From contig NC_043002.1 of the NCBI RefSeq assembly GCF_006345805.1, forward strand, positions 82,894,001 through 82,958,000: a DNA stretch of 64,000 bases. The letters run 5' to 3'. The translations under genes were made by a program, and so were the position numbers. Shown here in pieces: positions 1-64,000 of this stretch. The notes beneath the pieces are model-generated. The model saw only the letters and a list, made by a program, of their open reading frames with translations, searched no databases and was not told the DNA's origin. This DNA is from Octopus sinensis. Taxonomy: Eukaryota. The number at the start of each line of letters is the position of its first letter. Positions within the stretch are counted from its first letter, which is position 1.

Positions 1-695
1 GTTGGGTTAAGTGAAGACTGTTCAAGTAAAACTTTGTTTCATTGAGGGATTCTAATAAAAGTGAAGCAAGTTTAAAGTTATCCTATTTACCAAAAGTTAC
101 TTCACGCTATGTTCTTGTTCAATTTTTAATCAATTTGAAATTTTTTTTTTCAGAGTTGTTTCCTTTGCCTTTCACAATAATTATTAATGCTAATTATTTT
201 TCTTTCAATTTTGAGGAATGTTTTTTATTCTTTTTAGTTTTGCTTTCTGCTTTTTATTAGCCTTCTACTTAGCTATAACTTATAAGCTGAAAGAGTAAAA
301 TATTACTGCTGTAGACTATTTAGATAATTTTTGCATTATGAATCTAAAATTTCTGTAGTTCTTTAAAACCAGTAGTCCTCCATAATTAGATGTATTTGTG
401 AGTTCTCTAAGTGTGAAAATACATCTTCTGTGAAGAATAAGGTATTCTTTGTGAAAACCAATGAAGGTATTAAATTTCTAATGCAAACAATAAATGTTAG
501 TGAAGGTTTTTTTTTTGTTTTTGTTTTTTAAAGTTTATTGTATAAGGATATTTATTACACTGAAATACAGAAGTAATTTTTCAAATTTGATTTTCTTTTT
601 CTCTTCCTCTAATAATTATGATGTTTGTAATGTTATACATTTAATTTTGATATTTTGATCTCATTTATTTAAACAGTTAATCCAAATTTTCAAAA

Positions 696-17352
<16,657 letters not shown>

Positions 17353-17354
17353 CG

Positions 17355-17393
<39 letters not shown>

Positions 17394-20200
17394 AATATAT
17401 ATATATCACATCTTCAAAGGAAGTTATAGTATTTGTAAAAGGTAAAAAAAAAATTATTTGATACATCCAAATTTGGGTTTCTTTTATGACTTATGGTATA
17501 ACTGAGGATTGAATGCAATTGTTAATACCATATTTTCTCCATAGAGTTAATGCAATGAAACTACTTGCATACAGTATTTGCATAATTTGATCTGAGTTAA
17601 CTATCAAAATTTTGATCCTAAATTTTAATCTCAATATAAACCTAAAGATTTGTTATTATAACATTTTTCAGATAGATTCTTGTTAAAATATTCTCTACTA
17701 TTTATTTAAAGACAATCCAAGAATTTTGTTAAAATATTAAAAAAATTAATCGAAATATATTTACTTTAGGATATGGATTGCAGTTGTTAATCTTTTTTAT
17801 TATATACTTATATATATGTATTAAACAGACACATATCTTTGAAAATTTAAATATTTTAAAAAATAAGTATTTAGAAATTTTAAGACTATTGTATATTGAA
17901 ATTAAAATGAAACATAACTGTTTATTTCTTTTTTTTTTCATCAAATAATGTTGATCTGATCCCTCATCAGGATACCTCAGGTTTCATCTATAAATAATAC
18001 TTATAATGCATCCCTTTTTTTTTCTTTTTTTTTTTTGAAAAGAAAAAAAATGATAGTAAATATAAGTCATTAGTTAATAGAAAAAACAAAACAAAATTTT
18101 GTGGACAGTATTAATGGTGAATATTAGATAGTAACAAGGAAATGTTGCATACGTTATAGTTGAGTAAATAATCTGTTGGATATTTTCTGTCTTGTATCAT
18201 TTTAGAAAAATCTGATTTCTTAAATGAAAATAAATGGGACCATTTTAGAATAAAATGTAGTTTTGAATATTTGTAATGGAAATAAAGTATGTAGATACAG
18301 TTGTTACTCATGTATTCCTATCTAAAAATTCAACTATGTTATCAATATATAAATATACACAAGCATGGGCGTTTGTGTTGTGTGCATGCGTATGTATATG
18401 TGTGTGCGTGCATACAGAAACATATACATACATAGATATATTCAAATATATGAGTGTGTATGTGTGTGGTTTATACTGGAATTTATTGTTGTTGAAAGAT
18501 AATTGGCACCTACAAAACTGTAGAATCTGATATTTCAGACCTTTGTCCAAAAATGGAAGAGACAAAACAAAGTGTTGCTGTTGGTCTGTTGTTACCTGGC
18601 CTGTAAGGTAAATAAATAGGAGTGGAAAGATGTGGGTTATAGGGAGAGTGGAAAGAGAGGTGCTGTGAGGGGGCCAGAAGTCAGATGAATGAAGTGAAAG
18701 AACTGCAAATTCAAGAATTGAAGTTGAAAAGAGCCTGTAACTAGTCACCCTATTTCTCTCTATCTTGATCTTCCTCCTGCTACAATTCCTTCTTCATTTA
18801 TATACCTCTGACCTATGCAGTACTTCTATTCACTCTGCCTTCCTCACTCTTAGACGAAGGGTAACAACATGAAGCATTGGATTCTACACTCTTTACAGTA
18901 ACCATACTTTCTTCTGTGAACTTATTGTTACCGATGCAGACCATTACAGGTTTTCTCGGATTCCAGATTTTATAACTTCTTAGCTATTTTGCCATCACAT
19001 TTTTTCCTCCATCACCTTGTTTGAAAAACAAAGTTACCTTGTTAATCCAAAGTACGAATTTATGTTCACTTTCTTTAAGTTCTATTTTTTTCTTTGAAAT
19101 AGTTTTGTATTATTCTTACAACTTTCCATGTTCCTTACAATTATTGTTCATGGAAATGTATCTAGCTGCCAGACTTCTCTCTCCTCCTTTCATACCTCTA
19201 CTTGGTTAGAGCCACTTGTTTTAAAATTTTCCTCATTGTAATATCCTTGTGTATTATTGTATTCAAAGCAGGTAACTGCACCTTTTTTTTTTCTTTTGGT
19301 TTCTGTTTGTTAAATGTGAAGCTGTATAATTGCATACACTATCAAATCATTCAGTTTATAAAGAAATATATTTATAAATTTCTCCTGCAGAAGCACAACC
19401 TGTAATAATTATATATATTGGATGTATATAAAATATTTTTTGTTGTCTGTATATTTTTATATTTATTCTTTCCTCCCATTGTTGTTTTTTGTTAGTAAAA
19501 GTAATATTATAAAGAGTTTGTTATGTATATCCTAATTTGTTTTTCATTATCTTTCTTTTCTTAGAATGAAAATTGGGTTGTTATTTCATGATTTATTCCA
19601 AAGATTTTATTTTGAAAGAAACTAGTCTTATTATCTATTTGCCGTTCCTTTTGAAATTAAAAAAAAAGGAAAGATTTTTACTTCTTTCCCTTTGGCTTTT
19701 TTCTTTCTTTTTTTGTTTCTTTTTCCATTTTCCTCATAATCCACTCTTCAAAGGAAATATTAAAACTTAATTTGAGAAAAGAATGTTTGTCAGTTATTTC
19801 CCTTTTTGCACCAACATGACACTCATTTTTTTCCTCACCCATTGCTGTTGTCATCTGTAGACATGAAATCACCAAGTGAATAATTAAGTTATTGAACTGC
19901 CTACCTGCTCATGCAGCAAGTATTTTGTGTCTTTGGATAGGACACTAATGTTATGTGCCTCAGTTCGACCCAGTTGGAATAGGTGGTACTAGTTGATGTT
20001 CAGGAATTGTTACCTGAGATAGACTAATTTCTTATTCAAAGGGAGACACATTTTATTTACATAATGCTACAGAATTCAGAGCTAAGCACCTTTATGAACC
20101 ATTGTAGCTTGAGACATTGTTATCATATATGAATAACTCCTCTTTCTTAAAATGGTTTTTCTGTTGGAAAAGGAAAAAAAATGGAATTTAAAGAATGAAA

Positions 20201-20206
20201 AATAAA
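20201..20206 (+). terminator. Candidate polyadenylation signal for the lifeguard gene
   Basis: AATAAA followed 15-50 nt later by a strongly U/GU-rich tract; other AATAAA sites at 18229, 18249 and 18281. Confidence 0.3.
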
Positions 20207-21810
20207 GTATTGGAATGAAATTTGATTTGTTTTGATTTTTTGTTTGTTTTGTTATTGACATCTCTATTTTCTTTTGAATAATGAGACGTCCCACAAACCT
20301 CATGTGGCTATGTTCTGTTATGTATTTCAAAACCATTGTTTTAATGTTCTTTTTTTATGTTAGCATGAGTCAGATGAAATATGTTGAGGCAGATTTTTTT
20401 TTATGACTGGGTGCCCTTCCTGTTGCCAACTCTCACCTGTTTTCAAGTATTTGTATATTTCCCCTTGACTGACGTTTTTCACAGAAGATTGAAAACAGAC
20501 AGTGCTTGCTTACCACTATCATGTGATATCAGAACAAGGGCATATGTGCATGCACATACACATACTGTGTGGCACCTTAGGTATGTCTTCTACTATCCAT
20601 GTGAGTGAATTTGGTTGATGGAAACTGAAAAAAGCCTGACATATGTGTGTCTGTTTTTGGCCTCTACCACAACTTGACAATTACTGTTGGTGTTTTTACA
20701 TTCCTGTAGCTTAGTGGTTTGGCAAAAGAGACCAATAGAATAAGCACCAGGCTTTAAAAAAAAATGAAATACTGGGGTTGATTCATTTGACTAGAAATTC
20801 TTCAAGTACCCCAGTATGGTTGCCGTCAAATGACTGAAACAAGATATACAAGTTTCTACTAGACCCACCACAAAAATTGCAGCTATAGTGGAAAACAATT
20901 GCTGAAGTTGCTATGCAGTGGGCCTGAACCTGAAACCATGTGGTTGAGAAGCAAACTTATTACCAGACAGTCACATCTGTGCCTTCGTACCACACAGCCA
21001 AAGTCAATAATACCTGGTGTGACTGCTCTTCACAGGAACTCTATAGGCATAGTGCTTTACTCCTTTATCTGCCTTTTAAAGCACATACTCTCCCTGCACT
21101 TACTGTCTTGCATATTAAGAGTTATAGTTTGTGGTGACTTCGTATTTATAAGAGAGTAACCAAACTCTTGGCTTTCTCTCCCTGAGCAGAAACTTCTTTG
21201 GTTATGGACAGCTGCCGACCCTATACAAAGTAGAAGTACTCTGCACACAAGTACCGATTACATGCCTAGGATTGGTTAGCTTCCCATAAGCAAACTGTCA
21301 ATCTGGAAACTAAACTTTAAAACATCCTCTAATTAATGAACCTTTGATACACTAACAATACAACCACTAACTTACTGTATAACTCCTTTGTCTCTTAAAT
21401 TTGTTACAACAACCTGCTGAAGCCATTATTTTGTCTCTTCTATCATTTATACTTACACCCACTGAAAACATTATACCTCTGTCTCTTTTATTGTTACTAC
21501 AATGGTATTAGCTCCTGAATAAAATAATTTGAATGCCACTGGTTAATTTTGTCTTTCATCCTTTCAAGGTTAATTTTAAAATAAAAGTATTAATTCATGG
21601 TGTTCGATTGATGGAAATGTAAGAATGTTTCACCAAATGCCTTATGGTATTTGTTCCAGTTCCTTTGTTTGCTTAGTTCAAATCCTGCTATTGCCTACTT
21701 GGATGGTAGATTTAATCCTCTACCCAACATAATACTTACACCCTGACACTCTGGGTGCTTTGAGAAAAGTCTATTGTTTTGGAAGCATTCAGATTAGGTT
21801 TCTAGTTTAA

Positions 21811-22017
21811 ACTCTTTGTATTTAAACCAGCTATACGTGGTCCAAAAATTCATGCTCAAGCTGGTTAGATCCATCCTCTCACACTTACCCTACAATATTA
21901 TTCTAAAAAACAATCACGTTATCAAAATCTTGAAGCTATGAGATGATGCATGATTAATTTAAAACAATGTTAATAAATAAGCTTTACATTTGACAGAGTA
22001 ATCTGAATACTAAAGGG
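21811..22017. mobile_element. piggyBac-type MITE, same family
   Basis: TTAA at 21807-21810 and 22018-22021; right end AATACTAAAGGG; body matches the other two copies. Confidence 0.75.
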
Positions 22018-22059
22018 TTAAGAATACCTTCATTCCTCTCACCGACAAGTTTCAGAGGC

Positions 22060-23297
22060 CCTGTAATGGGTCATGGGTACTGCTTTCTTGACAGATTTTA
22101 AAAAAAAACCCGTTTATCATCCAATCCAATCCAGTTCAGTTTATCTGCTTTTCCTTATTGCACCATGCCTACTAAGCCATAATCTTAAAACAAACTTGTC
22201 ATTTAAATTCTCATTCCAAAAACTGCAACCCTCTAGAACTCTTATTTTCATTAAAAAAAAAACTTTTTTTGTATTAGAATTAAAATGCAGAACTTCAAAC
22301 TGAATATCAACTCCATTGGCCGGAACTTTCTGGAAAGCTCCACATGAGTTTTAAATATTGCCACTCATCTCTCCGGATTTAAAACGAGTGTCCTCTATAG
22401 ACAGTATAGACATATCTTGCCAGAATACACTGCTTCCATAAATAAACACTCTGAAAATACTCTTAAATGGGGCAAAGAAACAATCTTGTACAATTCCGCA
22501 TTCATGAATAACAACAAAACACTGAAACTTATGCTAGATTTCACAAATTCTGATGATCTTTTAAAGCAACCATGCAGCTATAACACTACCAACTGTGTGG
22601 GATTTAGGTATAAACTGAACATACTACAGCTTAGGGTTTCAAAAGGATTAAAAGGCATACATGTTTTCAATAAAGGGTCTCCATGCTTTATATAGCTTAG
22701 GATCTTACCAGCCTAGTTCCAGCACTGACTGTCAAAACTGCTGCTTTAAAATCAGAAAAAATATTAACAGCCCTGGTTTGTAGCTGGTCTTCATCAACTC
22801 GCAAGAGCAACCCACACAGATGTACTGCACACATATCTAAGATAATACAGCTGCTACACACACAACTATCCTAGATTATGTAGAAAACAGTTAAGTTAGT
22901 GTTAACATATATAAGGATAAGAGCAAAATACCCGCCGTCCTATGGATGGTGCTGAGTTGTCAAACATTTAAACTAAATTTTCTCAAAATAACTTGTCCGA
23001 CCGTCCTATAAGCCTCCCCTTTGACAAACATTGATTTAACCTAAATTTGAAACACCAGCAAAAGAAGAAATAAAGATAGACTTTCTTTCTATTCCAAAGA
23101 AATAAGGCCCTCATGCTTTCCGAAACTACATCTGATTGTCCCCCTTCCATACTCATACACATATGTGTATGTCATGACTCATGCACTGTTCTTTTCCTGA
23201 CGCTTATACATTACCCTATGTACTATACATACACTTTAGATGAGTTGTAGTGCACCTGAGCATTGTACACAATGTTTTATTATTATTATTATTATTT
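22060..23297 (+). mobile_element. Probable decayed LINE 3' portion with (ATT)n tail, clade not assigned
   Basis: Coding-like broken frames (22348-22695 open), Cys-containing stretch near 22680-22760, ends tgtagtgcacctgagcattgtacacaatg + (ATT)n. Confidence 0.45.
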
Positions 23298-24149
23298 TAA
23301 ATATGCAATCAAAGAGTTTAAAGTACTAGTAATGAGAAGGCTGTTGACTGGGAGAACACAAACATGGTTTAAACAGTAAGCTTGGCAGGAAAGAAACATG
23401 CCTTTAAGCAATACAAAAACAACAAAAAAATGGAAGGTGCAGTTATGTACAGGTTGACAGAAGAAAAGCAGGACAAAAATGGCTTTATTGATCACATTCT
23501 CACCCGGAATTGATTTTTGTAATTTTTTCAAGACTTATACACGCCCTGATACTGTCGGTATCTACATATCAAATTAGAGCACAATTGGATGGAGGATGCC
23601 CGAGATCCTAGAAGCCACAAGATCACAGACAGACAAAATAAAAAAGAACTTTGGAGGTGATTTACCATGTCTGTGCAGCAGGCTGTTTGATGCAAAGTGG
23701 GAAACAAACGGGGAATATTGCTCACAGAACTTCATGGTGAGAAATGGAGGAAAGGAGTATTCTGCAAAGCTAGAAGAGATCCTTTCAGACTTCATTTCAG
23801 AAGATAAGGTAAATGAAGGGGGGGTGCATCAGCTGTGCAATGTAGAGAAACATCGTTCACAGTTCAGATGATAGTCTTGCAGGAGTTATGGTGTTGTATA
23901 CAAGCACTGAAGGATATATTTTTTGCTTGAACTGCTCCAGTGCAGATATGAGAGAATCAAAATTGGACTCAATGTCTTGTGTCATTCCTACAAATAGATA
24001 TGGTAAAATCTTTATACTTTTCTTGCCTGTTCTGTTTCTACTAAAGTATAACCAAGTTACTGACATACTTTGAAGTAATACTGGCACATAATAGGACAAG
24101 TGCCGATGATTTTGACAGGGTTTGGCGAAAAGAGTAGGATATATATATA

Positions 24150-24690
24150 TATATATTGGGACTTGTGTCCATGCTAGTAGGGTGCCAAGAGCACCATCCG
24201 AGCGTGATCATTGCCAGAGCAGCCAACAGGCTTCCATGCTGGTGACACGTAAAAGGGCACCATTCGAGCATGATCATTACCAACGTTGCCTTACTTGCAC
24301 CTGTGCCGGTGGGATGTGTAAAAAGATTCGAGCAAGGTCATTGCCAGTACCGCCTGACTGGCCTCTGTGCCGTGGCAGATAAAAGGGCACCATCCAAGCG
24401 TGATCATTACCAATGTCGCCTTATTGGCACCTGTGCTGTTGGCATGTGTAAAAAGATTCGAGCGAGGTCATTGCCAGTACCGCCTGACTGGCCCCCATGC
24501 TGGTGGCACATAAAAAGCACCCACTTCACTCTCGGAGTGGTTGGCATTAGGCAGGGCATCCAGCTGTAGAAACTCTGCCAGATCAGATTGGAGCCTAGTG
24601 CAGCCATCTGGTTCGCCAGTCCTCAGTCAAAATCGTCCAGCCCATGCTAGCATGGAAAGTGGACATTAAACGATGATGATGTTGATGATA
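24150..24690 (+). mobile_element. RTE 3'-UTR-derived repeat (tandem ~60-bp units + common tail)
   Basis: Same tail as the RTE copies (cactctcggagtggttggcattagg...catgctagcatggaaag..gatgatgatg). Related copies at about 2790-2945, 8040-8160(-), 38280-38440(-), 39630-40010(-), 47750-48265, 51520-51905, 52140-52320, 56330-56560, 57790-58065, 59520-59820(-), 62420-62610. Confidence 0.85.
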
Positions 24691-25267
24691 TATAGCTTGA
24701 TAAATTCTTTGGGAGAATGAAATTGTAAAAAGGTTAAAAACTTCTGCTTTAGACGTGATGCTGTACTGGTGTAAGAAATGAGACTCTGAGTGTTTCCAAT
24801 TGCTCTAAAAGGTATTATTTAGAAGACAGTAGTGAGATCATCTTGGGATGTTTGTGTGTATCTGAAATATCTCAGAAATAGTGTATTTTGTCTTAATTTT
24901 TTTTAATATATTTATTTTCATACTTGCCTTCAGCTGTGCAGTACAAATTTTTGAAACATTTGGACCTCTATTTAAATGATTAAACACAATTTTTGTTATT
25001 TCTTGATGAAAAAAATACATGTCTTCCATGAGCTCAACACGCACAAACACATACAGAATACACACACATATAATGAATGTCATGGCTCGTCAATCAACAC
25101 AAACACACTCACTATCTGTGACATATACACACACATTGTCTTTGTCCATGTAAGAAAAAAAAACTGTTGATTTTTTGATGTACACAATATTTTAATCATT
25201 TAGAAATATTTTTAATGGAATGTGATTTCATCATCCAGAGTTCATTTATTTCCGTAATTTTTAAAAA

Positions 25268-25818
25268 TCTATTTACTTTTGTTTTAAAGTGAAAGAGAGG
25301 AGTAAGTGAAAGATGTATGTACATGTATATGAAATGGATGTGTATGTGTGAAAAAGAGAGAGAGAGAGTGTATGAAGGGGTGCATTGTCATGTATACATA
25401 CATACATACATACAATACATATGCATACATCTTTTTTGTATGCATGTAGGCATGTGTGTGTGTGTGTGTGAGGGAGAGAAAGAGTGTGAGTGAGTGAAAG
25501 TATGTGTTCTCAAGTATGTGTAAGTAGAACACATACACATACACTCCCCACCACCACACACACATGTCCATTTCATATACACGCTCATACATCTTTCACT
25601 TTAAAACAAAACTAACAGGTGGTTTTTCGGGATAAAAATTGTTAAAAAAAGCCTCTACTCATGTAAATTAATTACTATTGTTTGGATAGTTCCAATTAAA
25701 TAAGTTCAGAAGTTAGGTTAAATATATATACATGCATAAGTACCGTGAATTCCTATTCTACAAACTGACAAACAATTCCCTGAATACTTTACCAGGCAAA
25801 GCTGGGTAGTACGTCTAG
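25268..25818 (+). mobile_element. Non-autonomous Helitron-like element 1
   Basis: A|TC start at 25268; CCAG-gcaaag-CTGG hairpin at 25792-25805, 9 nt, then CTAG|T; internal inverted repeat 25277-25296/25592-25611 around (CATA)n/(TG)n repeats; no TSD. Confidence 0.55.
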
Positions 25819-25823
25819 TTACA

Positions 25824-26491
25824 TCTAATGTAATAAATGCAAAACCTAATTTCTGTGTATCGGTGTGTCACGCTTTGATCCTCTCTCTCACTATTCATTG
25901 ATGCTCCTACTATTGCTCATGTTTGGGGGGAGAGTAACAGTAGGCGTAGAGATGCTAGTAGATTGATGGCTGTGATGGTAATGGAGCAATAGTAATAGTA
26001 CAAGCTGTAGTTGTGATAGAAGCAGAGGTGACGGTGATAATGGTGATGGTGGTGGTAGCTGAAGCAGTCAGGGACAATGATGATAGTAAGCGATGTGAAA
26101 GACAGTGGTGATGGTGGTGAAGGGGAAGGCGTCGAAGTCAAAGGTATTGATGGTGGTGGCGTCAGAAGTCTGAATGGTGTGTCTATGGCAATGTTGATGG
26201 TACTGGTGATGGTGATAGTTGAAAACAATTAACAGAAAGAAAGAGAGAGGTTAGACCGGAAAAAAATTGTACTAACCTCTGAATGGAAAGACAAAAAAAT
26301 GTTTATCATGCAGCTTTGCAATAAGTTCCAAGTCAACAAATTATATCATTGTTTTGATGAAAATTGTTGATTGCTTGGAAAATATTGGTCAAGTTTAATA
26401 AAATTTAATATGTACTCAATGCATGAAGTGTCATTGTTGGGCCCAAGGTCCAATGAAGACCCCCTCCACAGGAGGGTGGCTTTTAAGCTAG
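25824..26491 (+). mobile_element. Non-autonomous Helitron-like element 2
   Basis: A|TCTAATGTAATAAATGC start; CCCTCC-aca-GGAGGG hairpin at 26462-26476, 11 nt, then CTAG|T; no TSD. Confidence 0.7.
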
Positions 26492-26734
26492 TATAAAAAT
26501 AAACTTATTCATTTCATGATAAGCATCGAAAGTGCATCGTTAAAAAAAAAAGCTCTTATGAGAAAAAATATTAAAGCACTCAAGAATGTATAACCATTAA
26601 TTTCGTTAGGAGAAAACTGAAATAAATAATTTGTCGGTAATAATTTAATTGGTTTCAATGTTTTACTAAACACCGTTTAGAATGGAGACTATTACACCGG
26701 TATAATATTTTCCTGTCGAAAACATTAAGCGAAA

Positions 26735-63172
<36,438 letters not shown>

Positions 63173-63317
63173 GTGAGTTAACAATAAATAGCATTATTCA
63201 TTATTCCCATTTTTTAACTTTCTCAATATATTTTTAAAAACCCTAGCACCAACAGTCTAGTGTTGATATATGACTTTGCGGTTAAGAAGTTTGCTTTTTA
63301 ATCATGATATCAATCCC

Positions 63318-63369
<52 letters not shown>

Positions 63370-63447
63370 ATATAATAATATTAGGGAGTATATCCAAACT
63401 TACAGGGAAAAATTAGATTTAGGATTAAATTAAATTTCACAGTATAA

Positions 63448-63972
63448 ATATAAATTAAATTAGAGATAAAACCACTATTAGGCAACTCAAACAGAGATAG
63501 ACATAAACCAAAACATAAAAAACGAAAAATAAATATAATTAATATAATATATAATATATATATAAAATATAAAATTTAAAATTTAAATTAGAGAAATTTG
63601 AAATTTTTAAATTCATATTTATAAATTTTTATAGTTTTATATTTTAATTTTAAATTTATAAGTTTTCAAACTTTTAAACTTTTAACCTTTTTTTTAAACT
63701 AACCAAAAAGTATTAAAAGTTTAATATAATATAATAAGTAAAAAATAGTTTAAAAGTTTAAAAATTTATAAATTTAAAATTAAAATATAAAAATATAAAA
63801 ATCTATAAATATAAATTTAAAAATTTCAAATTTCAATAATTTAAATTTTAAATTTTATATATATTTTGTGTATTATAATAATTATATTTATTTTTTGTTT
63901 TTTATGTTTTGGTTTATGTTTATCACTGTTTGAGTTGCCTAATAGTGGTTTTATCTCTAATTTAATTTATAT
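63448..63972. repeat. Long AT-rich inverted repeat (foldback), arms ~230 bp
   Basis: Outer 47 bp perfect (63448-63494 vs 63926-63972); next 45 bp with 3 mismatches; inner ~112 bp with ~7 mismatches; 66-bp spacer; flanked by (TA)n. Confidence 0.9.
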
Positions 63973-64000
63973 ATATATATGTATGTATAAATATATAGAT

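Noticed and set aside
17958-17986. Minus-strand GAAACC-TGA-GGTA-TC-CTGATGA
   Set aside because: Only 2 nt between the cleavage site and the core, so stem I cannot form; stem II is also unpaired
18849-18875. TAGACGA-AGGG...GAAGC, possibly a decayed hammerhead
   Set aside because: Uncompensated changes in both core segments, and stem II does not close; cannot be supported without a family consensus
25917-26228. 103-aa Thr/Pro/His-rich ORF on the minus strand
   Set aside because: Degenerate (GGT/GAT)n simple repeat inside Helitron-like element 2

Overview
Eukaryotic, AT-rich, repeat-dense genomic DNA. The SINE/RTE repertoire looks like an octopod cephalopod (inference from memory, not a database result). 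I reconstructed two intron-rich + strand genes by hand from GT-AG boundaries with consistent phases. (1) A complete 10-coding-exon lifeguard/TMBIM (Bax inhibitor-1 superfamily) gene, 696-17352, 238 aa. (2) CWF19L2 (spliceosome/lariat-turnover factor), starting at 26735, with 15 exons seen up to 63172 and the rest beyond the window. Introns and the intergenic spacer hold several tRNA-derived SINE families, RTE LINE fragments, CR1 and Penelope remnants, an internally deleted mariner, TTAA piggyBac-type MITEs and microsatellites. Most ORF-track entries are artefacts of these repeats. Best finds: a minimal type I hammerhead ribozyme with a U3-A8 core pair (minus strand, 6548-6590) inside a 342-bp hairpin-rich element flanked by 19-bp direct repeats (retrozyme / Penelope pseudo-LTR candidate); two back-to-back non-autonomous Helitron-like elements ending 244 bp upstream of the CWF19L2 ATG; a C4HC3 (PHD-like) finger inside the RTE reverse transcriptase; inverted RTE copies bracketing a frame-symmetric CWF19L2 exon; and a ~525-bp foldback at the window end.
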